DNA of 64,000 bases from Bacteroidetes bacterium ADurb.Bin217. Its GTDB lineage: Bacteria > Bacteroidota > Bacteroidia > Bacteroidales > UBA1715. The stretch covers positions 2,497 to 66,496 of the forward strand of contig MWCJ01000005.1 of the NCBI GenBank assembly GCA_002069975.1. Direction: 5' to 3'. How positions within the stretch are numbered: the first letter of the stretch is position 1; each line of letters starts with the position of its first letter. This document shows, piece by piece, positions 1 to 8,962 of this stretch. The position numbers and the translations under genes are program-made. Below the pieces are notes generated by a model. That model had not been told where the DNA came from, searched no databases, and worked only from the letters and a program-made list of their open reading frames with translations.

Positions 1-432
1 GTGCGAGCCTTGATAACTTGGTGTAGATGCGTGAATAAATACCGGAATTTGCTCACCTTCATGCAATTGAGCGTATTCTCTGATAAGTCGCGGAATATCT
101 TCGCCAATAGTTTCGCTCAAACAGGTTGATGCAATACCAATTACTGCAGGATTGTACATGTGACGAACATTGTCAATACCGGTACAAAAATTTTTGTTGC
201 CGCCGTATATGGTAGTTTCTTCGCTAAAGTTAGACGATGCAATATCTACCGGTTCTTTGTAGTGACTAATCATATACCGGCGGATATACGTAGCACAACC
301 TTGCGAACCATGTATCATGGGAATACAACCTTCGATTCCTTTAAACACCAAACTGGCTCCCAAAGGTGAACACAATTTACATGCATTGCGTGTAGATGTG
401 AACGTTTCTGTTTTTTTTATTGCTAATTCCAT
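1..432 (-). CDS. nifN: Nitrogenase FeMo-cofactor biosynthesis protein NifN, N-terminal 144 codons (gene continues past the left edge)
   Basis: Absent from the ORF track because no stop lies inside the window. Hand translation of the minus strand from ATG at 432..430 stays open to position 1: MELAIKKTETFTSTRNACKLCSPLGASLVFKGIEGCIPMIHGSQGCATYIRRYMISHYKEPVDIASSNFSEETTIYGGNKNF... This is a NifN/NifK-like N-terminus, and it sits directly downstream of nifE as in nifHDKEN operons. Confidence 0.8.
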   Translation of the reverse strand, partial: MELAIKKTETFTSTRNACKLCSPLGASLVFKGIEGCIPMIHGSQGCATYIRRYMISHYKEPVDIASSNFSEETTIYGGNKNFCTGIDNVRHMYNPAVIGIASTCLSETIGEDIPRLIREYAQLHEGEQIPVFIHASTPSYQGSH

Positions 433-441
433 ATGTTTAAT

Positions 442-480
442 GTCTGAAGGGTCTAAAAGGTCTTAAAAGTCTTAAGGGTC
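442..480 (-). repeat. Exact 9-bp-period tandem repeat (4 full units plus a partial one) in the nifE-nifN spacer, ending 9 nt before the nifN ATG
   Basis: Plus strand reads GTCTGAAGG GTCTAAAAG GTCTTAAAA GTCTTAAGG GTC, with units starting at 442, 451, 460, 469 and 478. On the mRNA strand this is CCTTAAGAC TTTTAAGAC CTTTTAGAC CCTTCAGAC, followed by ATTAAACAT and then ATG. Confidence 0.6.
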
Positions 481-530
481 ATTGATTTATAATTTAAAAT
501 TCATAATTAAGAATTAAAAATTAATATGTA

Positions 531-1856
531 TTATTTTGTAAATTTCCACACCGGGCTCATTGCCGTGGCGTATATTTCTTTTGCAAAATTGAGCATGCCT
601 TCGTATCCTGCAAGTGCTTCTTTGCGTTCGTGATTGTGATCGCAGAATCCTAATCCGATTTTGTAAGCAATAGGTCGTTCTTTAACACCACCTATAAAAA
701 TATCGGCTTTGGTTTCTTTTACAAACGCCGAAAGTTCGGCAGGATTGGAGTCATCAACTATAATAGTACCCTCGTCGCACAATTGTTTTATAATTTCGTA
801 CTCGTCGGCAGTTCCTGTTTGCGAACCTACTACTACGGTTTGTACACCTATTAGTCGCAGAGCTTTGATAAGCGAAATGGCTTTGAACGAACCTCCCACA
901 TAAATAGCAGCTTTTTTGCCTTGCAATGCTTGTTTATACTTTACAAGTTCCGGCATAAGACGAGCAAATTCGAAGCGAACAATTTCTTTTGCTTTTGTAA
1001 GCATATCGTCGCTCTTAAAAAATGTTGCTACTTCATAGAGAGCATCGCTCATATCTTCTATACCGAAATACGAAACCTTCATAAAAGGAATTCCATACTT
1101 TTCTTTCATTTGCTTAGCCAAATACATCATAGAACCCGAACATTGCACCACATTCAGTTGTGCTTTGTGTGCATTGGCAACATCTTCTACCCGTCCGTCG
1201 CCGGTAATAGTAGCATTTATATGAATTCCCATACGTTTGTAGTAATCAATAAGAATCCACAATTCGCCGGCAAGATTAAAATCGCCCAAAATATTGATAC
1301 TGAATTCTTGTGCCGGACGATTGCCTGTTCCAACTAACACCTCGAGTGCTTCGCAGGCAGCACGATATCCGTCTTTTTTGGTCCCTTGAAAACCGGGAGC
1401 ATGCACCGGAATTACCGGTATTTGTTTGAGTGCTTGTACTTTTTTACAGATACTTTCGATATCATCGCCTATAACACCTACAATGCAGGTAGAATAAACA
1501 AACGCAGCTTTAGGTTGATACTTGTCAATAAGTTCAAGCAATGCTGCTTCCAATTTCTTTTCACCGCCAAACACCACATCTTTTTCGTGTAAATCAGTAG
1601 AGAAACTCATTCTGTGGATTTCGGGGCCCGATGACATAGCACCCCGAATATCCCATGTATATGCAGCACATCCTATTGGACCATGAATAAGATGTAAAGC
1701 ATCTGCTATAGGATACAATACTACACGCGAGCCGCAAAATACGCATGCCCGTTGACTCACCGCACCTGCCAAACTAGGTTTGTTGCAAGCTATTGTTTTA
1801 GTGTCGGCACCGGCTCGTACTATTTGCGAATTTCGATCTTTGAGTATTGCATTCAT
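531..1856 (-). CDS. nifE: Nitrogenase FeMo-cofactor scaffold protein NifE
   Basis: ORF 531..1925 carries NifE/NifD-family motifs (HGPIGCAAYTWDIRG, STCIVGVIGDD). The track start at 1925 is a TTG. The ATG at 1856 (MNAILKDRNSQ...) gives an N-terminal length typical of NifE and leaves the 1878..1936 hairpin non-coding. Confidence 0.85.
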   Translation of the reverse strand: MNAILKDRNSQIVRAGADTKTIACNKPSLAGAVSQRACVFCGSRVVLYPIADALHLIHGPIGCAAYTWDIRGAMSSGPEIHRMSFSTDLHEKDVVFGGEKKLEAALLELIDKYQPKAAFVYSTCIVGVIGDDIESICKKVQALKQIPVIPVHAPGFQGTKKDGYRAACEALEVLVGTGNRPAQEFSINILGDFNLAGELWILIDYYKRMGIHINATITGDGRVEDVANAHKAQLNVVQCSGSMMYLAKQMKEKYGIPFMKVSYFGIEDMSDALYEVATFFKSDDMLTKAKEIVRFEFARLMPELVKYKQALQGKKAAIYVGGSFKAISLIKALRLIGVQTVVVGSQTGTADEYEIIKQLCDEGTIIVDDSNPAELSAFVKETKADIFIGGVKERPIAYKIGLGFCDHNHERKEALAGYEGMLNFAKEIYATAMSPVWKFTK

Positions 1857-1877
1857 TGTTGTACATGTTTTAGAATA

Positions 1878-1936
1878 AGTCCTCTTCTTTTCAACTTTAT
1901 CTTGAGGGAAAGAAACTGAAGACAAAGAAGAGGACT
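1878..1936 (-). other. Perfect 13-bp inverted repeat (stem-loop) in the nifK-nifE intergenic region
   Basis: AGTCCTCTTCTTT at 1878..1890 and AAAGAAGAGGACT at 1924..1936 are exact reverse complements separated by a 33-nt loop. The element lies between the nifK stop (1988) and the preferred nifE ATG (1856). Confidence 0.5.
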
Positions 1937-1987
1937 AAGGAATAATTACTATGAAACTATGAGGAATAGAGTCCTATATGAATAGAA

Positions 1988-3370
1988 TTACATTACTAAT
2001 TCAACCTTTTCTTCGGGTACCTCGCGGTCAATTTTATCCATTATCACATCGAGTATTTTGGTCACCAAATTCATAGCTCCGGCATATCCCACCATTGGGA
2101 AATAGCTGTGTCCTACACGGTCAAGAATTGGGAATCCCAAACGTACAAATGGAATATTTTCGTCGCGGGCAACATATTTACCATAGGTGTTACCTATAAG
2201 TAAATCTACCCCTTGTTGTTTAATCCATTGGTGCAACAAGAATATATCGGCACGTTCACCGGCTTTGAATTTTGCTTCGGGCACTTTAGCCGACAAAATA
2301 CTACTCATGCGAGCATCGAAGGTTTTGTCGGGCGTACCGGTTACAATATATACCGGTTTCATATCCAATGCTATAAGAAATTCGGTTAACGGAACCAATG
2401 TGTCGGGGTCGCCAAATAGAGCCACTCGTTTGCCATACAAATATTTTTGCATATCGGCAATTACATCTATTAAACGTCCACGATCTTCGGTTAACGAATC
2501 GGGTACTTGTACACCTGCGGCACGACTCAATGCAGTAATAAATGCATCGGTAGCTTGTATACCTATAGGTAACTCAAGAGATTCAAATTTAACTTTACAT
2601 TGATTTTCGAGTTTAATACACGCATCGAGTGTACACAATGGACCAAGACCTATGGTAAATTTGCTGTCGCCGGTGCTAATCAATTCGGGTACGGTAACAC
2701 CACCTTTAGGATAAAATTCGTGTTTTCCCGTCATAGGAGCATCAAGTACATCAGAAGTGTCGGGAAACAGAACTATTTTTGCCATCATTTCAGATGCTAT
2801 GCGTTTGATTTCGCGCATATCAGATGGTTCAACCCATCCACTGATGATATTTACTTGATTCTTTTTGGTGGCAGATTTCATCGAAAAAGATTTAACCATA
2901 GCAGTTACCATATTGGCATATCCTGTAACATGCGAACCTACATAACTTGGTGTGTTGGCATGAAATACATATTTACCTGCAGGCACATGACCTTCTTCTT
3001 TTGCTTTTGCAATTATCTGAGTCAAGTCGTCGCCAATAGTTTCGGAAAGACAGGTACTGTGTACCGCAACCACATCCGGATTGTACACCGCAAACATGGT
3101 GTCGATAGCTTGTACTAAGTTAGCTTGTCCTCCAAACACCGACGAACCTTCGGTAAATGAACTGGTAGCCGCCATTACGGGCTCTTTGTAGTGACGCGTA
3201 AGAGCTGAACGATGGTATGAACAGCATCCTTGCGACCCGTGGCTATGCGGTAAGCAGCCATGAATACCCAATACTGCATACATTGCTCCTACGGGTTGGC
3301 AGGTCTTCGCCGGATTTACCGTCAAAGCCTCCCTATCTATTATTTTGTCTGTTGTATGTCGTAGTAACAT
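1988..3370 (-). CDS. nifK: Nitrogenase MoFe protein beta chain NifK (short N-terminus, anaerobe type)
   Basis: 460-aa ORF with NifK signatures (HGSQGCCSYHRS, STCLSETIGDD), immediately downstream of nifD. ATG at 3370. Confidence 0.9.
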   Translation of the reverse strand: MLLRHTTDKIIDREALTVNPAKTCQPVGAMYAVLGIHGCLPHSHGSQGCCSYHRSALTRHYKEPVMAATSSFTEGSSVFGGQANLVQAIDTMFAVYNPDVVAVHSTCLSETIGDDLTQIIAKAKEEGHVPAGKYVFHANTPSYVGSHVTGYANMVTAMVKSFSMKSATKKNQVNIISGWVEPSDMREIKRIASEMMAKIVLFPDTSDVLDAPMTGKHEFYPKGGVTVPELISTGDSKFTIGLGPLCTLDACIKLENQCKVKFESLELPIGIQATDAFITALSRAAGVQVPDSLTEDRGRLIDVIADMQKYLYGKRVALFGDPDTLVPLTEFLIALDMKPVYIVTGTPDKTFDARMSSILSAKVPEAKFKAGERADIFLLHQWIKQQGVDLLIGNTYGKYVARDENIPFVRLGFPILDRVGHSYFPMVGYAGAMNLVTKILDVIMDKIDREVPEEKVELVM

Positions 3371-3406
3371 GATTTCTAAAATTTAAAAAGTGTATACAAT
3401 TGTTTG

Positions 3407-5023
3407 TTATAATGCGTATTCAGCTTCAATTACCGATTCTTTTTGCCACGGTGCTTTTACCATTTTCCAGATAGACGTGCTTACTATCATATCTATATCT
3501 TTGTAGAAATTTACTGCACCTTCAAATCCTGCATACGGGCCTCCGTAATCGTAGCTGTGAAGCTGTTTGAGTGGAATACCCATTTTTTGAACACAGTATT
3601 TCTCTTTGATTCCGGCACAGAACACATCGGGCTCATACATTTCCACCAATTTTTCCATTTCGTAGTGGCTTATATCGTCAATTACCAATGCACCTTTTTC
3701 CATTTCTGTCATCATACCTTCGTATTCAGAAAATTTTAAACCTTGTTCCTCGAGTGCTTTCAATTCAGCTTCTGTTTTTCGAGGTTTGTAACGAGTAGGA
3801 TCAGCTTCTACATGAATTTCTTCAATATTTCTACTATCGGCATCAACTTGAATGGTAGGAATTACACGGCGTCCTTCGTAATCGTCACGGTGACCAAATT
3901 CGTACCCGGCAGAGAGGGTTTTCATGCCCAATTCGTTGAACAATTCTTGGTAATGGTGTGCACGAGAACCACCTACAAACATCATTGCAGTTTTATCTTG
4001 AGTACGAGCTTTAATTGATTCCAATTCTTTTGCTACCAATGCCATTTCTTCGGCTATTACTTCTTCTACTTTTGCAGCAAGCCCGGCATCACCGAAATAT
4101 TGTGCAATTTTGCGTAATGATTTTGCAGTAGCATCTGCACCTATAAAGTTTACCTTAATCCAAGGAATACCAAATTTTGTTTCCATCATTTCGGCAAGAT
4201 AGTTTATAGAACGGTGACACATAATCATGTTCAAATCGGCATGATGAGCAAGTTCAAATGAATCAATAGTTGAGTTTCCACTAAAGGTAGAAATAAGAGT
4301 AATTCCAACTTTTTCAAAAATTCGTTCAAGTTCAAAAGCATCACCACCAATATTGTATTCACCAAGTAAGTTAACTTTGAATTTTCCTTCTACCGGAGTA
4401 TCATTAAGACCAACCACATGTTTAAAAATTTGATTGTTTGCAATATGGTGACCTGCAGATTGACTCACCCCTTTGTATCCTTCGCAACTAAATCCGAATA
4501 TATTAATGCCAAGCTCTGCTTTCATTTCGCGAGCCACAGCATGTACGTCGTCCCCAATAAGTCCAACAGGACAAGTAGAAAATATACCTATATTTTTAGG
4601 TTTAAAAATTTCAAACGCTTCGCGAATAGCTTGTTTAAGTTTAGTTTCGCCACCAAATACAATATTAGAATCTTGCATGTCGGTACTAAAGGAATACATC
4701 ATAAAGTTAGGAGAATCTTCGGTTGGCGGCAAGGTTTGGTTACGACGAGTAAGCCATGCATAGAAACTACAGCCAATAGGACCATGTACTAAGTTTATAA
4801 TGTCGCGCGTAGGTCCAAGAACCACACCTTTACAACCGGCATACGTACATCCACGTTGAGTTATGATACCCGGAATAGTTCGTATGTTAGCTTGAATTTG
4901 TTTTACTTCATCGCCTTCGTTTACCACGATAGACTTTGCACGTTTTTTTGCTACTTTGGACGGGTACTTCGTAAGTACTTCGGCTTTCCATCGTTCCGGG
5001 TCCATTGTTACTTTTGTTTTCAT
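3407..5023 (-). CDS. nifD: Nitrogenase MoFe protein alpha chain NifD
   Basis: 538-aa ORF with HGPIGCSFYAW, STCPVGLIGDD, the cofactor-ligand context MCHRSINY and QLHSYDYGGPY. No G subunit lies between D and K, so this is Mo type. An AAGGAGGT sequence lies 4-5 nt upstream of the ATG. Confidence 0.92.
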   Translation of the reverse strand: MKTKVTMDPERWKAEVLTKYPSKVAKKRAKSIVVNEGDEVKQIQANIRTIPGIITQRGCTYAGCKGVVLGPTRDIINLVHGPIGCSFYAWLTRRNQTLPPTEDSPNFMMYSFSTDMQDSNIVFGGETKLKQAIREAFEIFKPKNIGIFSTCPVGLIGDDVHAVAREMKAELGINIFGFSCEGYKGVSQSAGHHIANNQIFKHVVGLNDTPVEGKFKVNLLGEYNIGGDAFELERIFEKVGITLISTFSGNSTIDSFELAHHADLNMIMCHRSINYLAEMMETKFGIPWIKVNFIGADATAKSLRKIAQYFGDAGLAAKVEEVIAEEMALVAKELESIKARTQDKTAMMFVGGSRAHHYQELFNELGMKTLSAGYEFGHRDDYEGRRVIPTIQVDADSRNIEEIHVEADPTRYKPRKTEAELKALEEQGLKFSEYEGMMTEMEKGALVIDDISHYEMEKLVEMYEPDVFCAGIKEKYCVQKMGIPLKQLHSYDYGGPYAGFEGAVNFYKDIDMIVSTSIWKMVKAPWQKESVIEAEYAL

Positions 5024-5037
5024 CTTTACCTCCTTAT

Positions 5038-5418
5038 TTAATCTAATGATGCATCACCGCTTACTCCGGTACGAACCGTAACAGAGTCAATTGCGTTTAT
5101 TACAAAGATTTTTCCGTCGCCACTATTTGCTGATTGATTCACTTTAATAATTGTTTCTACAGCTAAATCTTTTTTATCGTCGGTTACTACCAGTGTAATC
5201 ATTCGTTTTGATTTCAACCGTGGCATATCGCCCGGTGCACTGAGTAAACTTTTTTTGTCGGGGTCGCTGAGTGTTTCTTGAAACGTAGGACCAATTCCTC
5301 GTCCTCGTCCTCGTCCTAACACTCCGGTTGCAGTAAATGAAGGAAGACCTACTTCGGCGAGCGCCTCTTTGGTTTCGTTCATTTTTGCAATGCGAATTAT
5401 AGCAAGAATTAATTTCAT
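5038..5418 (-). CDS. nifI2: PII-like nitrogenase regulatory protein NifI2
   Basis: 126-aa GlnB/PII-fold protein with a long T-loop (GRGRGRGIGPTF...) and GDGKIFV, positioned between nifH and nifD next to a second PII paralogue. Confidence 0.8.
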   Translation of the reverse strand: MKLILAIIRIAKMNETKEALAEVGLPSFTATGVLGRGRGRGIGPTFQETLSDPDKKSLLSAPGDMPRLKSKRMITLVVTDDKKDLAVETIIKVNQSANSGDGKIFVINAIDSVTVRTGVSGDASLD

Positions 5419-5446
5419 ATCGATTTACTTTTTGGATTTATAACTG

Positions 5447-5773
5447 TTATAATTCTTTCATGCCATTTGAAATGGTATAGGTTTCTTCAACCGGAGTAAC
5501 GAAAATTTTACCGTCACCAAACTGACCATTTTCGCCCGTACGAGCAGCCTCTATTATGGTATTAATCACAAAATCTTTGTCGCGTTCTTTAATACCTATC
5601 AGCAATAATTCTTTTGGTAACTCATCGTAGGTAACATTTCCTACTTTCAAACCACGTTGTTTACCTCTACCGAATACCGGCATTTTAGTTACTGCAGGAA
5701 ATCCTGCTTCGAATAATGCTTTCATTACTACTGCCGATTTTTCGGGGCGTACTATAGCTCTTAATAAATACAT
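5447..5773 (-). CDS. nifI1: PII-like nitrogenase regulatory protein NifI1
   Basis: 108-aa PII-fold protein (VFGRGKQRG T-loop, GDGKIFVTPVEE), directly downstream of nifH. AAGGAGG lies 8 nt upstream of the ATG. Confidence 0.8.
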   Translation of the reverse strand: MYLLRAIVRPEKSAVVMKALFEAGFPAVTKMPVFGRGKQRGLKVGNVTYDELPKELLLIGIKERDKDFVINTIIEAARTGENGQFGDGKIFVTPVEETYTISNGMKEL

Positions 5774-5793
5774 ACTGTTGTCCTCCTTAGTTT

Positions 5794-6621
<828 letters not shown>

Positions 6622-6660
6622 TTATAACCTCCTAATTATTTTTTAGTTTTCTCGCTATTT

Positions 6661-6676
6661 TTCAGCTATGGTGCCA
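6661..6676 (-). promoter_or_regulatory. Candidate sigma-54 (-24/-12) promoter of the nif operon (near match only)
   Basis: Minus strand reads TGGCAC CATAG CTGAA against the consensus TGGCAC-N5-TTGCW. The -24 element is perfect. The -12 element is TGA instead of TGC. It lies about 45 nt upstream of the nifH ATG. No TAnnTTTG box occurs within about 340 nt upstream of nifH. Confidence 0.3.
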
Positions 6677-6681
6677 CAAAA

Positions 6682-6731
6682 AAAATCAGCAGGTATATAT
6701 TCAAAAAATACAGATTTAATGTGCTGATTTT
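6682..6731. promoter_or_regulatory. Perfect 10-bp inverted repeat immediately upstream of the candidate sigma-54 promoter (possible activator-binding site)
   Basis: AAAATCAGCA at 6682..6691 and TGCTGATTTT at 6722..6731 are exact reverse complements with a 30-bp spacer. Confidence 0.3.
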
Positions 6732-6793
6732 CAGAAATAAAAAAATTTTAAAATGAATTTGCAAAGGAAAAGTAGCCCATGCCACAAACCGAA

Positions 6794-6822
6794 AAATCCT
6801 ACATTGCGGTAGGATTTAAAAA
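6794..6822 (-). terminator. Orphan intrinsic-terminator-like hairpin upstream of the nifH promoter region
   Basis: AAATCCTAC (6794..6802), a 6-nt loop, then GTAGGATTT (6809..6817). On the minus strand the stem is followed by a T run (GTAGGATTTTTCGG). A second AGGATTTTT copy at about 6822..6830 offers an alternative pairing. No annotated minus-strand gene lies upstream of it. Confidence 0.3.
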
Positions 6823-7029
6823 GGATTTTTACGAAAATGTAGGGAGGATATTTATTAATATTAAATTTCTCTAATTATAGTATTTTGTAATATTCCATAT
6901 TTAAATATTTTTTTAACAAACCAATCAATATACCCCCCAAAAACTAAACCCATACTATATTTACACTACCTACAAAAGTATGATTATAAAATTATTTATA
7001 AAAACCACACAAAAACAATTCAATAATTA

Positions 7030-7037
7030 TACTTTTG
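7030..7037 (+). promoter_or_regulatory. Bacteroidota -7 promoter box (TAnnTTTG)
   Basis: TACTTTTG lies 28 nt upstream of the ATG at 7065. Confidence 0.4.
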
Positions 7038-7064
7038 CACGTCTAAAGGCAAAAATGTAAAACT

Positions 7065-7838
7065 ATGCCAACTTTTTTATTCGATAGTATAATTTTTGGT
7101 CCGGTGCAAAGCCGTAGAATGGGTATTTCGTTAGGTGTAAATCTGTTGCCTCGAACCATAAAATATTGTAATTTTAATTGTATATATTGCGAGTGTGGAT
7201 TTACTCCCTTGGCTCAAAAAGACATACAAAAATTGTTGCCAACACGCCAAGAAGTTGCTACCGAATTAATAGATTGTCTACAACGCATGGATGTTACACC
7301 AAATGCAATAACCTTTGCAGGCAATGGCGAGCCAACTATTCATCCGCAATTTTGCGATATTATTTCCGATGTTATTCAAATTCGAAATGAATATGCTCCA
7401 CAATCGGAAATTGTAGTTCTTACCAATGCTACTCAAATACATAAATCTCATATTTTAGAAACTCTAGAATTGGTAGATCGTTGTATGTTTAAACTCGATT
7501 CTGCTATACAATCAACAGCTGCAACAATCAATCAACCCGGCAAACAACTCAATGTAGATGCTTTTATACGTGAAGTATCGGCTTTTAAAGGCAAAAAAAT
7601 AATTCAAACACTGTGCATCGAAGGTGAATACAATGGTGTGCAATTTTCGAATATAACCGATGCAGAAGTAGATGCATTAATACAAGCATACAAACAAATA
7701 CAACCCTACGAGGTGGTATTGTATGGTATACAACGCGATACACCTATTCAAAGTTTACACAAGGTTTCGAAAGAAAAATTAGAGGAAATCGCAAAAAAAA
7801 TAGAACAAGCAGGTATAAAAACAGTTATTTCTTATTAG
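7065..7838 (+). CDS. Radical SAM protein (small, single-domain; specific function unknown)
   Basis: CNFNCIYCECG is a CxxxCxxC radical-SAM cluster motif near the N-terminus, preceded by the FGPVQSRRMGISLGVNLLP-type leader seen in a conserved small radical-SAM family. The gene is divergent from nifH. Confidence 0.8.
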   Translation: MPTFLFDSIIFGPVQSRRMGISLGVNLLPRTIKYCNFNCIYCECGFTPLAQKDIQKLLPTRQEVATELIDCLQRMDVTPNAITFAGNGEPTIHPQFCDIISDVIQIRNEYAPQSEIVVLTNATQIHKSHILETLELVDRCMFKLDSAIQSTAATINQPGKQLNVDAFIREVSAFKGKKIIQTLCIEGEYNGVQFSNITDAEVDALIQAYKQIQPYEVVLYGIQRDTPIQSLHKVSKEKLEEIAKKIEQAGIKTVISY

Positions 7839-7847
7839 TATTGTACT

Positions 7848-8882
7848 ATGGAACAAAGAATTTCTGACATTCAAAACAAAACTGTAGTTGTGGCTCCGTT
7901 AGATTGGGGCTTAGGGCATGCAACGCGTTGTATTCCAATAATTAAAGAATTGTTAAAAAATAATAATACTTGTATAATTGCAACTTCGGGTAGGTCTTTA
8001 GAATTACTCAAACAAGAATTTCCAAGCTGTATATACGAAGAAATTCCTGCATATGGAATTACTTACAGTAAAAGTGCCTTTGGTATGATATGGAAGTTAT
8101 TGTTTCAAATACCTAAGTCGCTTATAACCAAAAACAAAGAAAGCAAAATTGCCGATGAGCTTGTTAAAAAATATAACGTAGATTGCATTATTTCCGACAA
8201 TAGATTTGGCATGTATAGCAAGCTATGTAAGTCTATTTTTATAACACATCAAATACGTATTCGCTTACCTTTACTGTTCCGTTGGCTCGAATATCCGTTT
8301 TACTTGATAAACAAACGCATGATTTCTAAATTCAACGAATGTTGGATACCCGATTATGCCGGGACAAAAAATTTATCGGGAATATTATCGCATAGTTGGA
8401 GTGTGCCTCATTCGCATTTTATTGGTCCACTTACGGGTAGAGAATCTACCGTATGTGTAAATACATTTGATGTAGTTGCTATACTTTCGGGACCTGAGCC
8501 TCAACGTACAATTTTCGAAAATAAACTACGTGCCATTTTACCTACATTGCCATACAAAAGCTGTTTGGTTCGGGGAGTTTTGGCAAGTAAAAACTATTCT
8601 GCACAAGTTGGTAATTGTACTATACAAACATTTGCAACCAATTCAGAAATCAACAAATTGCTGTGTGGTTCTAAACTTATAATTTCACGTGCAGGATATA
8701 GCTCTATAATGGATTACGAAAAATTGGGAATAAAAGCAGTTTTGGTTCCTACCCCAGGACAAAGCGAACAAGAATATTTGGGAAAATATTTACAACATAA
8801 ACCTAATTATTGGTGTATAAATCAGTGTAAACTTACCAAAAAATTGCCTGAAATAATTAAAGAAGTATTGGGGAAAAAATAA
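7848..8882 (+). CDS. Glycosyltransferase, MurG/GT28-like (GT-B fold)
   Basis: The N-terminal APLDWGLGHATRCIPI motif and the C-terminal SRAGYSSIMD...PTPGQSEQEYLG segment are typical of the UDP-sugar-dependent GT28/GT1-like family. Confidence 0.7.
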   Translation: MEQRISDIQNKTVVVAPLDWGLGHATRCIPIIKELLKNNNTCIIATSGRSLELLKQEFPSCIYEEIPAYGITYSKSAFGMIWKLLFQIPKSLITKNKESKIADELVKKYNVDCIISDNRFGMYSKLCKSIFITHQIRIRLPLLFRWLEYPFYLINKRMISKFNECWIPDYAGTKNLSGILSHSWSVPHSHFIGPLTGRESTVCVNTFDVVAILSGPEPQRTIFENKLRAILPTLPYKSCLVRGVLASKNYSAQVGNCTIQTFATNSEINKLLCGSKLIISRAGYSSIMDYEKLGIKAVLVPTPGQSEQEYLGKYLQHKPNYWCINQCKLTKKLPEIIKEVLGKK

Positions 8883-8900
8883 GATTTTTCCAAAAAAACA

Positions 8901-8932
8901 TAAAAAAACTCTGCATACAAAGTATGCAGAGT
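8901..8932 (-). terminator. Rho-independent terminator downstream of trpB
   Basis: ACTCTGCATAC, loop AAA, GTATGCAGAGT: an 11-bp stem at 8908..8932, followed on the minus strand by a T7 run. Confidence 0.65.
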
Positions 8933-8962
8933 CTTATAATATTCTTTTTATTTATCCTTCTA

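Noticed and set aside
442-480. The 9-bp tandem repeat as a CRISPR array or other spacer-repeat array.
   Set aside because: The units are contiguous with no spacers and far too short, and there are no cas genes in the window.
1857-1925. The 23-codon N-terminal extension of nifE in the ORF track.
   Set aside because: It starts at a TTG, adds residues not seen at NifE N-termini, and is occupied by a perfect 13-bp hairpin. The ATG at 1856 is preferred.
6776-6790. A second TGCCAC (TGGCA on the nif strand) as an alternative sigma-54 -24 element.
   Set aside because: The position where the -12 GC should lie reads ACTT. The TTGCA downstream is 14 nt away, so the spacing is wrong.
6861-6953. A 30-codon minus-strand ORF (MGLVFGGYIDWFVKKIFKYGILQNTIIREI) in the nifH upstream region.
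   Set aside because: There is no ribosome-binding signal, no recognisable family, and it is short enough to arise by chance in AT-rich DNA. It is mentioned only as part of the candidate transcript.
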